This document shows positions 13,641 through 26,525 of a stretch of 64,000 nt of DNA, one piece after another. Positions within the stretch are counted from its first letter, which is position 1. Each line of letters starts with the position of its first letter. The stretch covers positions 20,827,129 through 20,891,128 of the forward strand of contig JAHRHZ010000021.1 in the NCBI GenBank assembly GCA_024137785.1, given 5' to 3'. The notes under the pieces were generated by a model. The model ran no database searches. It saw nothing but the letters and a program-made list of their open reading frames with translations, and was not told where the DNA came from. Made by a program: the position numbers and the translations under genes. This DNA comes from Ginglymostoma cirratum. Lineage: Eukaryota.

Positions 13641-15104
13641 ACTTAGTTTGAAAAACACTCAAATTATATTGACTGAAAGTGTCCATTTAGGTTAAGTAAA
13701 CATGTGATGAGCCTCTAATGAATCCTGATAAGTAGCTGATTAATTATGATTGAATTTCCACATCAGTCAGGCAATAATTTGTAAAGTCAGGCCTAACTCT
13801 TAACATTCTGGAGAAAAATCTGTTCAAACTCAAATCGCACCTTTTTTTTGAAAAATACTACCATATAAATTTGTATTCCTTGGGAAATAGGGGAGGATAT
13901 AAATCAGGTTCTGTGCTAAGGCATTGAGTTTAAACTGTTCCGATCAAATAATTCAGCCTGAAAGCTCTGTGCTTCAGAGCAGCTGTCTAGATTCTCCATT
14001 AGAGAATATGAGTGTTTTTTGTAAACTACATGTGCTGATGTCAGTTGTCAATTTTCACCCCATAGATTAGTCGCCCCATAAACCTGTAATTATCTCACCC
14101 AGTTTAGAGAGCAGCTTTTTAGATAAGCCATAGTGCAGATCTCTGACTTTTAAAGTCACCAGTTTTAGAACTCCAGAATAAGTGGATCAGAACTTTCATT
14201 TTTATGTAAAGCTACTTGTGATGTTGATATAATTCAATACAATGGCTGCTGTGATGAGTGGTAGTACCTCTACTTCTTGTTGAAAAGGTTCGGGTTCAAA
14301 TCCCACCTTCCCCAGGAATGTGTCATGTCTGAACAGATTGATGAAAAATATCTGCAATTTGTTACATCTGTGTATCCACTCTGATCAGTGTTTGGCCGTT
14401 CAGATTTTTAAATTTAGTTTGTCTCAATCAGTGACGTTCAGCTAAGTTTCACTCTAGCTTTTAAAATTCTCTTACTTTCATGGGCTATGCTACCTTTTTA
14501 AAGGTACTAAAGTTCTTTAAGTTGCTATGTAGCAATAGCCCATGATAGATTAAAGTCTACTAAACTTATCCCCAGATCCTTTTGAAACCCTACATGTATT
14601 TTAACTTTCAACCTTGCATAATATTGTCCAACCAAGTGGTTTACAGCCAACCCCAGGATTCTGTTTGTTCTATTTTACAGATGGAAGAAAGTGGATCATT
14701 TCATATATTCCAGTTATTTTCGTAGCCTAAACTCCAGAGTGCATCTGAATCAATGTCTTTGCTGGAGCAAAAACTATTTTCAAAGAATTGGAAATGTGAG
14801 CACCCCTTTCTAAGTATGACACAGGAATGTTGTGTAACAATGATCTTCTGTTGCTGTGTGCTGAATTTTGTCCTTCAAGCATCAAGGATGATTTCTGGGT
14901 CATGAACCTGGCCAGTCGGTGCTGGGTGGTCAGTAGATACACCATGAGCATCTGTGCTTCTGAGTTGAATGGAACCAATGATGTTGCTCAAAATAGGGCT
15001 GGAGGGGATCCATAGTGCTGTAGGGAGCATTAGCCAATGTCTTAATTCTCTCCACCATCTAGTGGAGTTGGATTTTTGCAGCTGCCAAGCAAGCAATTGC
15101 AAGT

Positions 15105-15227
15105 AAAAGCAAAATATTACACATGGGAAACCTGAAAATGGAAACTGCTCGAGAAACTCAGCAGGCCTGGCTGCATCTGTGGAGTGAAAGTTAATGCTTC
15201 AAAGCCAAAGACTCTGCTGCAGAACTG
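15105..15227 (-). mobile_element. Old Penelope-type pLTR insert with 10-bp TSD
   Basis: AATTGCAAGT at 15095-15104 and 15228-15237. Body GAGAAACTCAGCAGGCCTGGCTGCATCTGTGGAG. Confidence 0.65.
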
Positions 15228-17959
15228 AATTGCAAGTGTTTGCTAAGGATTTCCTGAAGTTTGCCAGTTTTGTTCTTTAAAGTGACAATGAAAGATATTC
15301 CATTCTATTCTAGTCTAAAGTGACCACAGCGAATGAACCTTACCTTGATTCAGCTTCCCTGTTCTGTCCTCCCCTGCTGTGAGCTGCTGAAGTAGCAGCT
15401 GGGCCCTGGTGGTAGCATTCCATATTCCTTGAACAGTGTTCATCGCTGTCTGTATAATCACTTTATTTGTCTTCTCACCACTGACAAGCGTATCCCTATC
15501 AACAATTGTATCGCTCACCCAGGTAAAACCTCTGGAGATGATAATGCTTGAGCAAACCATTCTGGCACACATGCCTGCTGATTTTCTTGACCTATCCTGC
15601 TTCTGATCTTGTCTCCAATGGCCTGGGAAACCCCCATCCCCGTTTCTGCCCCCATTCTGAAACCTTATAATTGTAGAAATTGCTTGGATTATGATTTATT
15701 GTATCTCAATGTAAGGCATGCCGATTGGGAATTAGTTTGTGTGTATTGGATGCCTCCATCCTCTTACAAATGGTGAGTAAAACAGTTCCTGGAAAAAGTA
15801 CAATCCTGTTCACAAGTGGTCCGAGAGTCAGAGTTGATACAGCACTGAAGGAGAGCATTCAGCCTGTTATGTTTGCACCAGCTTGCTGTAGGAACAGTTC
15901 CAGACCCTTAACCGCTTGCTGTGTAAAAAAAGCTTTTCCTCATATCACTGTCACTTCATTTGCCAATTACCTTATATCTGTGATCTATGCTACGAGAGTA
16001 GAAATCATCGGTAGAAAATAGATTATGTGAAATTGTTGAAAACATGATGACCAGTACCAGTGTTGAAAGAAGATGACTCAAAATATCTGACTAAAGCCAT
16101 TAACTGTGTTCCCATTAAAAGCACCAAGATATTGTTGCTCATGCTAAAGGCGGTGATGTCTTACTGGATGTGCTAGAATTACTAAGGTCACTGCCATCCT
16201 GTACAATAACTGATTTAAGTCATGTGTGATTTCTAGATACAAGCTGGAAACTAGACTGGGCATCCAGAGAATGCAGACCTCCTCCCAGTCAGCATTCCAC
16301 GATGAGGAAATGAGTCACCCGAGCAAATTTGTCTGCAAAGTCTGAAATGAAGTTATTATTAGTTTTTCAACTATTCCAGCGCTAAAAATGATAGCATTGT
16401 ATGATTGGCATCTGACTGTTGAAGCTGCATACAAATTGGGTGGATATTCTCATACAAATATGTAGATTGTTTTTCATCTTTTCTCATTGCGTGGTTCACG
16501 GAAAATGTGACTAATAGGTCAAAATCTAAGTTTTTAAAAGTACAATCTTACGTTTTTGAAAATATTCATATTAAAGGTAAAGACAGATTTTTGGCACGCT
16601 GTCAGATTTGACATTTGTACAACTTTAAAGAAATGGTACAATTGCCAATGATGATGAACGTGTGCAGGACACAGCTGCACTTATTCTTTTTTTATTCTCT
16701 AAAAAAGAACTCCTATTCATGGGGTCTTAAGCTATGACTAAGAAATATGAAAAGAAAATTCCATGCGCTTACCATGAAAATGACAATGAAATGTAATATT
16801 TCTGAGTAGAGGTCTCAGTAACGCAGCTTTCTTTAGTATACTTTCTTTTACTGCCTGTGGCAGACTTTATTGATGACTTCATGTCATACAAATACAAGCT
16901 TCTATTATATTCTAGCTCTTATGACTTAGCCCCATTTCCTGCTAAAGGTGAGATGAGGTCTTGCGCAGATGAAGATGAAATTACATCTGAACATTTGAAT
17001 TCCCTCCACCTCTGAAAAATTGGATTAACAATATTTTCAATTATATAAAAGAAACAGTTGCTGACTTTCATTTAAAAAGAACAAATTCCCATCAGTACCA
17101 CCCTTTACAAAGTCAGAAGATTATCAGTTGTAGCTATTTCAGTTTTGAGTTCTGAGGTAGTTGAGATGAATCGGGGCGTTAAGTGTTGGGATCTGACAGG
17201 GCAAGATGAGGATTTACACTGTAGGCTTCAGTCTGTATTCCACAGTATGATAGTTGGAGAGTTTCAAAAACTTGACCTGTCAAATACATTCACTTAACTG
17301 CCCATGAATGTAATTAAACTGTCAAGAGCTGTTACTAAAAAGGAATGGAAAGTTCATACTTGTAATATGAATTTTCTAATGCATATTCTGGCCAGGATTT
17401 TTAATAATCCTTTGCAGATATTGTATTAGGATTCAAGTGCAGTAGATGCAGACGCTTGAAATAACAGTGCGATATTTCCAAGTGCTTCTGTTGATCTTTT
17501 TAATACTCTCTCTTCAGCCCTTTGTTTGTAGTAGTTCCCCTTTAATTACAGTCACTCAACATTGCTCATCCTGACATCTATATCCACATCATAACTGGCC
17601 TCGGTTTCTGGTAGCCTTCCATTTTGTGTGATGATTTCTGTATCTTGGTGAGTCAGCTCTTTAAGTTCAGCAGAACTGGAATTTCATTCACAGAGAGTGT
17701 ATGTCGGGGCATACTTTATGGAGACCCGAGCTAACTCAGTAGCATAACTAGAGACAGGTAACATCTCTATTTCTAGGAAATGCTGCAATAAGGGTTACAA
17801 ATGCAGTTATTTAGAGCAAATGAACAATTTTCTGAATCCCAAACCCATGATCCTGAAGTGAATTATGGTGCAGTCCAAATGAGTTCTTATTTTCTCTTCT
17901 TTTGGCTGGATAGGACCTTCATTGAATTCTAATAAATTGGATAAACTTGATTTTCCCTT

Positions 17960-20290
17960 TCACAAAACCATCTCAACTCTGCTCAAGTGCCTAGCACTTA
18001 TCTAAGTGCCATTTCACGACCTTTTAATAATAGCTCCTAATGTTTTCCCTATGGCAGATGTTAAGCTAGCTGGCAAGTAGTTAAACTGCTTTCTGTCTTT
18101 CTCTTTTCCAATAAAGGAGTTCCATTTGCTCATCATCAAACCCAACGGAACTTGTTTGAATCAAAAGGGTTTTAGGAAATTAAAGTCAATGCATCAACTA
18201 TTTCACCAGCTTCCTCTTTAAGATCCTAGGATGAAATCTATCAGGACCCAGGCACTTGTTAGGCTGCAGCTCCAACCATTTCCTCAATATTACTTCTCTG
18301 GTGATTACCATTTTTCTAAGTTCTTCTCTCCCTTTTCCTGATTTATTGCTGTTTCTAGGCTGTTACTTGTAATCTCTGTAGCAAAGACAGATGCAAAATA
18401 CTTGATCAATTTATCTGTATTTCCTTGTTCTCCATTATTAATTCTCCAATTTCACTTTCTATAGAACCAGTGCTCACTTTATTGACTGTTTTCTTTAAAT
18501 ATTTACAGAAGCTCTTACTGCCTGTTCTACCTTTTAACATTTCTAGTTAACCATTGATTGGGGTCTGTCCCTTCAAATTTTTCTTGCTCTTTGAAATATA
18601 TCTATATAAGCCTTAAAAGTTTTCTATTGCTTCTGTATTGATCAATCCTTTAATCAAATTTGCCAATTCACTTTAGTCCGCTCTTGCTTTCATGCCTTCA
18701 TAATTGCCTAAAATTCAAATTTTAAACAATAGTCTTGAAACTCGTTCCTCTGTCAAATTGAATGTAATATTCAATCATTGTATGATGGCAGCCACCTAGG
18801 GGTGCCTTCACTATGTGATAATTAATCTTATCTCATTGCATAATCTCAGTTCTGGTATAGTTTGTTTCTGTTCGTATTGTCTCGAAATTGTTCTGTGAAC
18901 TCCTTGTCTACTTTTGCCATTTGACTTTTCCAGTTAACGTTTAGATTGAAATCTTCCTTGATTGATTGTTCCTTTCTGTCGAGCTCTCTCTTTAGGCTCC
19001 ACTCTACCATGTGGTTACATTTAGGAGGCCTGTACACCATTCTCCCAAGTGACATCTTCATTTTATCAGTTCTCGTCTCTACCCAAACAGTTTCCACATT
19101 CTGGTTTCCTGAACTTGGGTCATCCTCTCATCATTAACTGATAGGGCCACCACTTCACCTTTTCCGAGTTTCCCAGCCTTCTGAAAAATCCTGGCCTTGA
19201 AAACACAGGTCTAATCTATGCTATTCTGTAGCCATGTCTCTGAAATAGCCACAGATCAAGCTTGTTTATTTCCATTTGGGCTCTCAAATCTAATTTTGTT
19301 TGAATGCTACTTGCGTTCAGATACAGTATCTTTAGCTTTATCCCTTTCTTTATTTTGTAAATTCTAGTCTTATCTGTTGGTTTAGACTTAAATTTATATT
19401 CTTTATCCTTTCCTGTCATAGTCTTGTTTATCACTTCCCATATAGATACCATTCTGTTTTTGACTCTACCCTTTGATCCTTTGTCCCTACTATATGGTAT
19501 CAAATTATCTCTCCTCTAGTTGTGCAGTTGGGAAGCACACTGGCCCCAGCACAGTTCAGGTGGAGATTATCCCCTTGGTACTGGTACTAGTGCCCTATGA
19601 ACTGCAACCCACTTCTCCCACACCAGTCTTTTAGCCACACATTCATCTGTCTAAACTGATTTGCCGTATGCTGATTTGCACGTGACTAAAGAGATAATGT
19701 AGAAGTCATGATCTTTGAGGTTCTCCTTCTTATTTTGGCTCCTAACTCTTCACTCTGACTGTGTAGAACTTCTTTCTTTGTTCTGCCTGTGTCATTAGTA
19801 ACTACATGGACCAGACCAACTGGATTCTTCCCACCTTCTATTGCACATTCTCCTCCAGTCCTGAGCCCTGGCACTAGGCAGGCGACGTGGCCTTGATGCT
19901 CTTTGTTGTAGAGAACAATGTCAATTCCTCTCCTTAAACTGTCACCTACTACCACTCCACTCCTCCGTACACCCCAGCCATGGCCAGTTAGCTCAGTCAC
20001 TCAGCAGCCCTCCCTTTCATCCAGAAAAGCTGGAAGAACCTTGGTCCTTTTGGACGAGCACAAAGGCTGAGGTTCCTGCTCTCTGTTTCCCCTTACCTCC
20101 CTCACTCATAGTCACACTGCCCTGTCCCTGAACACTGATTGTGTCAGACAACCCAATCTTAAGTGGTGTAATTGGCTCCTTGTACAAAGAATCCAGTTAA
20201 CATCCTCCTTCCTGTTGTGTTCCAATATCTGTCATTAAGTTTCCTGCTCCTAAGCTGATCAAACTTGTTCTGGTACTAACTGCAGACATG
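17960..20290 (-). mobile_element. Decayed CR1 LINE 5' half: ORF1 SGNH esterase and ORF2 AP endonuclease
   Basis: 19686-20000 VVVGDSL...VACLVPG...VHVVTND. 19216-19503 LKILYLNASSI. 18846-19097 ETVWVE...VYRPP. Many stops and frameshifts. Confidence 0.85.
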
Positions 20291-20454
20291 TCAATAGCTG
20301 GAAATTTTTTGTCATTTGCTAATTGGAATTAATATACTGCATTCCAGATGTATCAGTTCTAGTGTGTTGTACAAACCTATAATCACCTCTGGTTACAGGC
20401 TCCAAGATTAAATTCGCTTTCTTTACTGTAATGCCACAATGTATTAGTTATTTC

Positions 20455-20815
20455 TTTTAAATCCTTTCATGGATTGTGGACAAATGTCAATATTTATTGC
20501 CAATCCCTAATTGAACTCCCAAGTTTGCTAGGCCTTTGGTAAGCCAACCACATTGCTTTGGGTCTGGAGTCCCACGTAGGCCTGACTGCGTACAGATGGA
20601 AGATTTCCATAAAGTGAATTTGTGAACTAGGTAGGATCTTGCAACAAAAGATGATTTCCCCCATGGTCACCTTTACTGAGACTGACTGTGTTGCAGATTT
20701 ATTACGTCTAAATCCCACCAGATACCATTGTGGGATTGAACTCTTGACCCCAGACATTTGTCTTTCTATCTATTTACAAATCCAGTGACATTACTACCAT
20801 GCCACCATCTCGCCG
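20455..20815 (-). mobile_element. tRNA-derived SINE with a LINE-derived tail
   Basis: Minus-strand head GATGGTGGCATGGTAGTAATGTCACTGG and B-box GAGTTCAATCCC. Tail AATTAGGGATTGGCAATAAAT. Confidence 0.65.
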
Positions 20816-21044
20816 TAAACATACAACCCATCATTGCTGTACATCTCACTGCTGCATTGTGTTCTGTACTCTCCAGGCATTTAGTTTTTCTCCCCTCTGC
20901 TATTCCCCTTCTGTAATCTCATAATCTTGCCTTTTTGTTTAAGTCAAATATTAATTTACCCTCTCAGTCTGCAACATCTCATTAGACCATTTGGATTCTT
21001 TTGTATCCTGTCTGCCTATTTCCCAGCGTTTAAATAAATTCTTT

Positions 21045-21600
21045 AATGCCTCCAATGTGTCAGCTCAGCCGTTGCCTGCTGACGAAAGGGTGTTTGGTGA
21101 CCAGAATCCCAAGCCCAAGACCAAGATCATGGTTTGCTGAGTGGCAGAGATACCCTTACCTGCTTCAGAGACTTGGGCAATGTACAACAAACATCACAAA
21201 GCACCAAAGCATTACCACCAGCGATTCCTTCACAAGATCCGCAAGCACAGTGGCAAGGAGGCTGTCCAACAGCAAGGTACCACCTTAAGCCAATATGGCC
21301 AGTGCTATAATCCTAGTCACTTAAAATTAGTACCATTGGACAAGACAGCTGCTCCACTTGGAACTCAATCTCTGCAAGTGGCCAAGTAAAGCAATGGAAA
21401 TGTTTTCAGAATGTCCTCAAATCATACTGGAACAGGTCAAATGTAGCCATTGATTGATAGGAAACTTGGCTTGAAACCAAGCAAACTGGAGAACGTTCAT
21501 TCAGGAAAGCACTGCTCACATTTGCACACCCTCAATGAAGCCTCTTGAAGATCAAGCACAGAGAGTTGGCAAACCTACAGAGCCCTCATCTATCCAACCT
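21045..21600 (+). mobile_element. RTE-clade LINE RT C-terminal remnant
   Basis: ASETWAMYNKHHKAPKHYHQRFLHKI resembles RTE ETW.....LE..HQRCLRKI. Confidence 0.7.
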
Positions 21601-21640
21601 TTCAAGCACCACCTTCCTTACAAGTCGCACTGTCTGCTTA

Positions 21641-21808
21641 ATAGAGTCCTAGAGTCACACAGCATGGAAACGGACCCTTCGGTCCAACCAGCCCATACCG
21701 AACAAAATGTCAAACTAAACTAGTCCCAGCTGCCTGCTCCTGGCCCATATCCCTTCAAACCTTTCCTATTCATGTACTTATCCAAATGTCTTTTAAACAT
21801 TGTAATTG
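21641..21808 (-). mobile_element. CR1 (HER1-like) 3' tail
   Basis: ATAGAGTCCTAGAGTCACACAGCATGGAAACGGACCCTTCGGTCCAAC. Confidence 0.8.
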
Positions 21809-24549
21809 GACTGATCGTCCCATTGAACTGGCATGGAAACAAGTAACCCTTGGCCCTGAGGGACCGCCTTAGAGGCGGATGGCTAAATTAAATACCCCAT
21901 CCACTAGTGCCAACTAAGGTGGTGTCACCTACAACCTTTGACAGTCTTATCTCTGTCTCCAGCTTAAAACCACTCATTTTCAATGTAAATAGCAAATTAT
22001 CAGGATGTTTTATTATTCAAGGTTGGGACATGAGTATCACTGGCCAACATATTGCCCATTCTTGGTTGCCCTAGATAAGGTGGTAGTGAGCACATTTTCC
22101 TTCTGTAGCACAATGTGTGCAGTTTGATTTACTTTGAAGTAATACATTGCCATCCATCACTCGCAGTTTAAAATAATTCTAGCTATCTAACGTCCTGCCT
22201 TACACTCCCCAAGTAATTGTCTACGTGCCAGAGTACGGGCCAAATACGTTCAAGTAACACTGCTTATAAAAAAGCCATAATACCATATTAACATAATTTT
22301 CTTTCAGTGAAAGAAATGACACTGCTGGGAGTTGGAAAATTTAAAATAATGGTAAGGAATGTTAACTGCTCAAGAGAAGGAGGAAGGGGGGTGACAACAA
22401 TTTGCAATTACATGCATTGTTGAGGTCCCAAGCGAAAGAAGCCATGAATAGTCAAAGAAAATTGAGAAAATTAAACTGAAATTTGGAGTCAAGAAAGGGC
22501 TAAAGGTGGAGGAGAGAAAAACAAGCCTGCTGAGCACTGTGGGATGTATTACTACTTTCATTGGCACTACATAAATGCAAGTTGTGGGAAGCCAAAGATA
22601 AAAGGGATGGGTTGGTAAAATGAGGGCTAATGCCGCTCAAGGAAGGTTCGGTCTTGCAAATGTCTCCATGCTGAAATCACAATCAGTGAACCATTCAATA
22701 TCACTTTGCAATTGTGTTTGGAAAGCAGAAGGAGGAACTTTTATGAGAGGCTGAAAAATTAGTTTGAGTTTTCTCAATTATTGGCAGTCCCGGAATGAGG
22801 ATTCAAATGTAACAGATGTATTCTATTATAGCAATAAAGATCACAAACATTTTTATATTAGTAAACATTTACACCTGCATGATATCAATAATTGTTTAAA
22901 CAGTGAATGATTAGTGAAGTGCTTTGAGTTTATAGAAGAGACAAAGGGTCTGCAGTTTGTCTCAAGCATGGAGTGAAATGTTGTATCACACTACCACTTA
23001 GTTGTTATCTCTTGGGTAGATAAATAGCTATTCTGTCTTGTCTCTGTGCATATTGACAAACATTCCCCTCTCTATTTCAGTGACCTACAACTAGATGGGT
23101 TTTCTCTGTATAATATACTTGATGGCCAGTAGAGAAAATTTGTTAGTGGGGGATTATTTTAGCTCAAAATATCTTGGCCTAACCACCCAATCTGTGATCA
23201 TTCAGGTTTGTGGTTTTTTTTAAAGAAAGCAGGAGATGGACCTTTTTCTTCAAATACTTTTTTTCTTGCTGATGTAGAGAGGAGACCTAATTTGTCTGTG
23301 CCTTTCTTTGCTCCAGAATACGCCTGAGCTGGCAACAAAGGAGTGCCTGTGCTCCCAGGAATTTTCTACATTCCACTCTGGAGTAGGCATTTTTCTCGGC
23401 TACAAAGGCTCTTTGGCGAATTCTCTCTAATCACTGGATTTACTCTTGGCTCTGATAGGTGCCATTCATGGCTATGGCCTGCCATTTGATTGGGTAGAAG
23501 TATTAATGGATCTTTTCATGGTGAACAAAGCTTGAAGAACATTCCTCTGAAGATCACAAAGCTGCAGTTGTGGATTTGACCACTGCTGCTCTCTAGATAG
23601 CATTTCTTGTTCTCTACTTCCACTTCTTAAATAACAGTGCGTGTTGGCACTGTTCAGAGGAAATATGTGATTGTTTATTTCAAATCTTGGTTTATGCTTT
23701 TGCACAGCATTTGATGTACACTTTTTTTTTGAATTTTTTTATTGGGTATACTTTACATAGTGAAGTTGTTAGGTTTGTGCTTTCCTTTTTGTAAACGTTG
23801 CCTTGTATTAATAAACCGTAACTGGATGTTATCAATGGGAACTGGATAGCTACTGTTTAACACTACAGCATCTGTCTTGTATAGATAGTCTGCAAATGTT
23901 TTACTTGGGAAACTATTAATGTTCTTTCTGCTCCTCCTCCAACATTCAAATAAAATGAACGAATAGGATAACCTCTCCATTTCCACTTTATAAAAATCTT
24001 ATCTTAAATGATAATGCATTGCAGCCAAACATGGGACAGGCTGGAGCATGGAATTAAAACTTCCCAAAATATGTCCCTTTTTTAAAATTTATAGTAGTTT
24101 TTACTTCAGAGTTTTGCCATTTGAAGAGTTGCAATATTTTTCTTTACTTATTTTTGCTATTATAAAAATATGTTCCTCTTTGCATGTTGTTGTTTTAAGT
24201 AGAGGCACACAGTCATCCAGAACGTCTGCAGCTGCTGCTTCATGGAGTGAAATGATACATCAGTCCACCAAGTGGCATTTTAATTGTACAGGCTAGTTGA
24301 TGGAATTTACCCAATTCCGGTAAATCACGTAGAGTGATGGGCTGCTCTAGGGCCTGAATATCCAGCTTTCAAGTTAGTGGTCTGTTCTGTGTTAGCCGTG
24401 AGCTATTAGGTCATGAAATACCTTTTTCGCCTCATTTTATTAGGCCTTCTCTGAATAATGCAGAAATCTAAAATATTCCAAGTGCATCTGTAACAGCGTA
24501 GTTAAAGCAAATTCTTTAATAAACTTCAGCTCGTCCAAAATTCAGCAGC

Positions 24550-24748
24550 CAGATTCAAGCCCCGTGTCACGGATGCTAAGGGAGTACTACATGGTTGAAG
24601 AAGCTTCCTTTAGGCTGAGACATTAAACCGAGGGTTTCTCTGCAGTCTGAGATTGTTGTAAAAGATCCTATTTTGCAGGAGGTGCAGGGGAGTTATCCCC
24701 GCTGTCCTGGCCAATATTCATTCCTCAGGCAGCATCACTCCAAGACAG
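24550..24748 (+). mobile_element. Deu-domain SINE, 5' part (continues at 26526)
   Basis: GAGACATTAAACCGAGGG...GTAAAAGATCC...GGGGAGTTATCCCCGCTGTCCTGGCCAATATT. Confidence 0.75.
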
Positions 24749-26525
24749 GGCTGAATCTTAAGATTTTTTTTCAGCTAAGTTAGAGTTAGTTGCATCAAGT
24801 ACTTTGAAGGGATTTACACTTGGAGGCCTGGTGGGTTTTCTCACCATATGCTACCAAACTCCCACCTTGTTAATTCTCTGCCCTGGCCTTGCAACCTATG
24901 TAATGCCCATTTCCAGCCGCATCTTACCGTATGCCGTTCCCAGAGCTGCTCACCACTGAGAAGATAGCCTAGATTTCACTGCCATCCCTTATGCCTGTGC
25001 CATCTTTGAAAGCGTTGTGCACCTGGATGAGCAGTCTGGCTGTAATGCCCGGCTCAGCTCCTGGTGTTTGCTCCCAGACACGGCAGAGGAGGGGATATTG
25101 GCACTATCGCTTTGTGACCAAGGACCTGGAGCTCCTTCTGGAATGGGAGGTACAAACGCAGGACTTTCTCTTGTTTCAGGACCAATAGTGGAAGGAGTGA
25201 CAGCAGACCATGCCAGCCTGCTCCATGGTTACCACCTGGGTTGATGCCCTCTGGAGGAGTGCATAGCAGGGTAGACAAAAGGTCAATGACCACCTTCATT
25301 ACGCCAGGTTAAGGTTCACAATCTTCTCTCCACTATGTACTCACTATTTCTCAGCTAACATACCCAACTGCCGTCAAGACTGAGGCACTACCACTCTCTC
25401 AATTACCAACAACATCTTCTCTCCCTCACCCTTACTCACCCAAACCCCCACACCACAAACACTGCATGCCCTCTGCACTTCCCAGTCACTCGCACTTGCT
25501 CACCTGCACCAAAAGTAACAGATATGCCCCCCACTTCCATCTCCTGTAATACCTGCCCCCGCCTCTCATTGCAGGAGAAAAGCAGCCTGCAATAGGGCAG
25601 AAAGGGTCAAGATGGACAATGACCTGATTGCTGTTCAGACCCCACACCCCTGCCCACCCTTAGGAGAACATCCTGACTCTGACTGCCTCAAGTGGCTGGC
25701 TGACTGACCATGTCCAAGTCCTGGATTGGAATTGAAGGCTATCCTTTGACTTACTATGCCAGGATCCCATTAGTGATGGTTCTCTCCCTTGACTGGACTG
25801 AGGCCTGCTGACAACCAGAACGAGCTTGCTGACATTGTATCAGTGCAAAATAGCGAGGCACGGCAGAAATATTGTGAGCCTGGTATCTCTGGCTGAGAGG
25901 GGCAAGGCACAAAAAGGCAAAGCAATACAAGACAGGGATACTGTGAGCATCCAGGAGGGCTCAAATTGAGTTAGTGCTGAGACAGTGAACGAGGAGCCTG
26001 GAGTGCAGCCCAGTGCAGTCCATGAGCTGGGTGCATGTCCCCTGAGTGCACAGCATCCTCACTGCAGTATTGAAGTGCTGAAGCAACCCACAAGTGGGTT
26101 GGAGATGTGCCGTGAACATTCTTGGGAGCAGATACATATTGGATGCCAATATTCATGGATGTGCATTGTTGTGGCTGGTGCCCAGTTTCTAACATGGGGG
26201 TCATTTTGGAGCAAGTAGAGAACTAAATTTGCAAGGTACACATTTTTCCATGTTGAAATTTTTTCTAACATCTAGCATTTTTGACGAGTTCGATAAGATA
26301 GAAAGCCGAAAATTAAGGATGTTGAGTTTGGCCATTAACAAGGCATTTAACGAGCTTTAATCTCCCTCAATTGGCAACTTGTCACTGTCTAGCAAAACGG
26401 CTCACATCGTCACTCGTGTGAAGCATAAAAGATGGATTGAGATGTTCCCAAAGTTGAGATTGGCTTCTCATCTGATTCTATCACCAAGCTTGCACATGTT
26501 GCTCAAACCTCTAGAAGGTTCAGCC
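24749..26525 (+). mobile_element. PIF/Harbinger DNA transposon derivative with TIRs, CAG TSD and a decayed Myb/SANT gene
   Basis: Left end GGCTGAATCTT, right end AAGGTTCAGCC (reverse complement GGCTGAACCTT). CAG at 24746-24748 and 26526-26528. RFVTKDLELLLEW and QKVND motifs at about 25105-25310. Confidence 0.8.
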
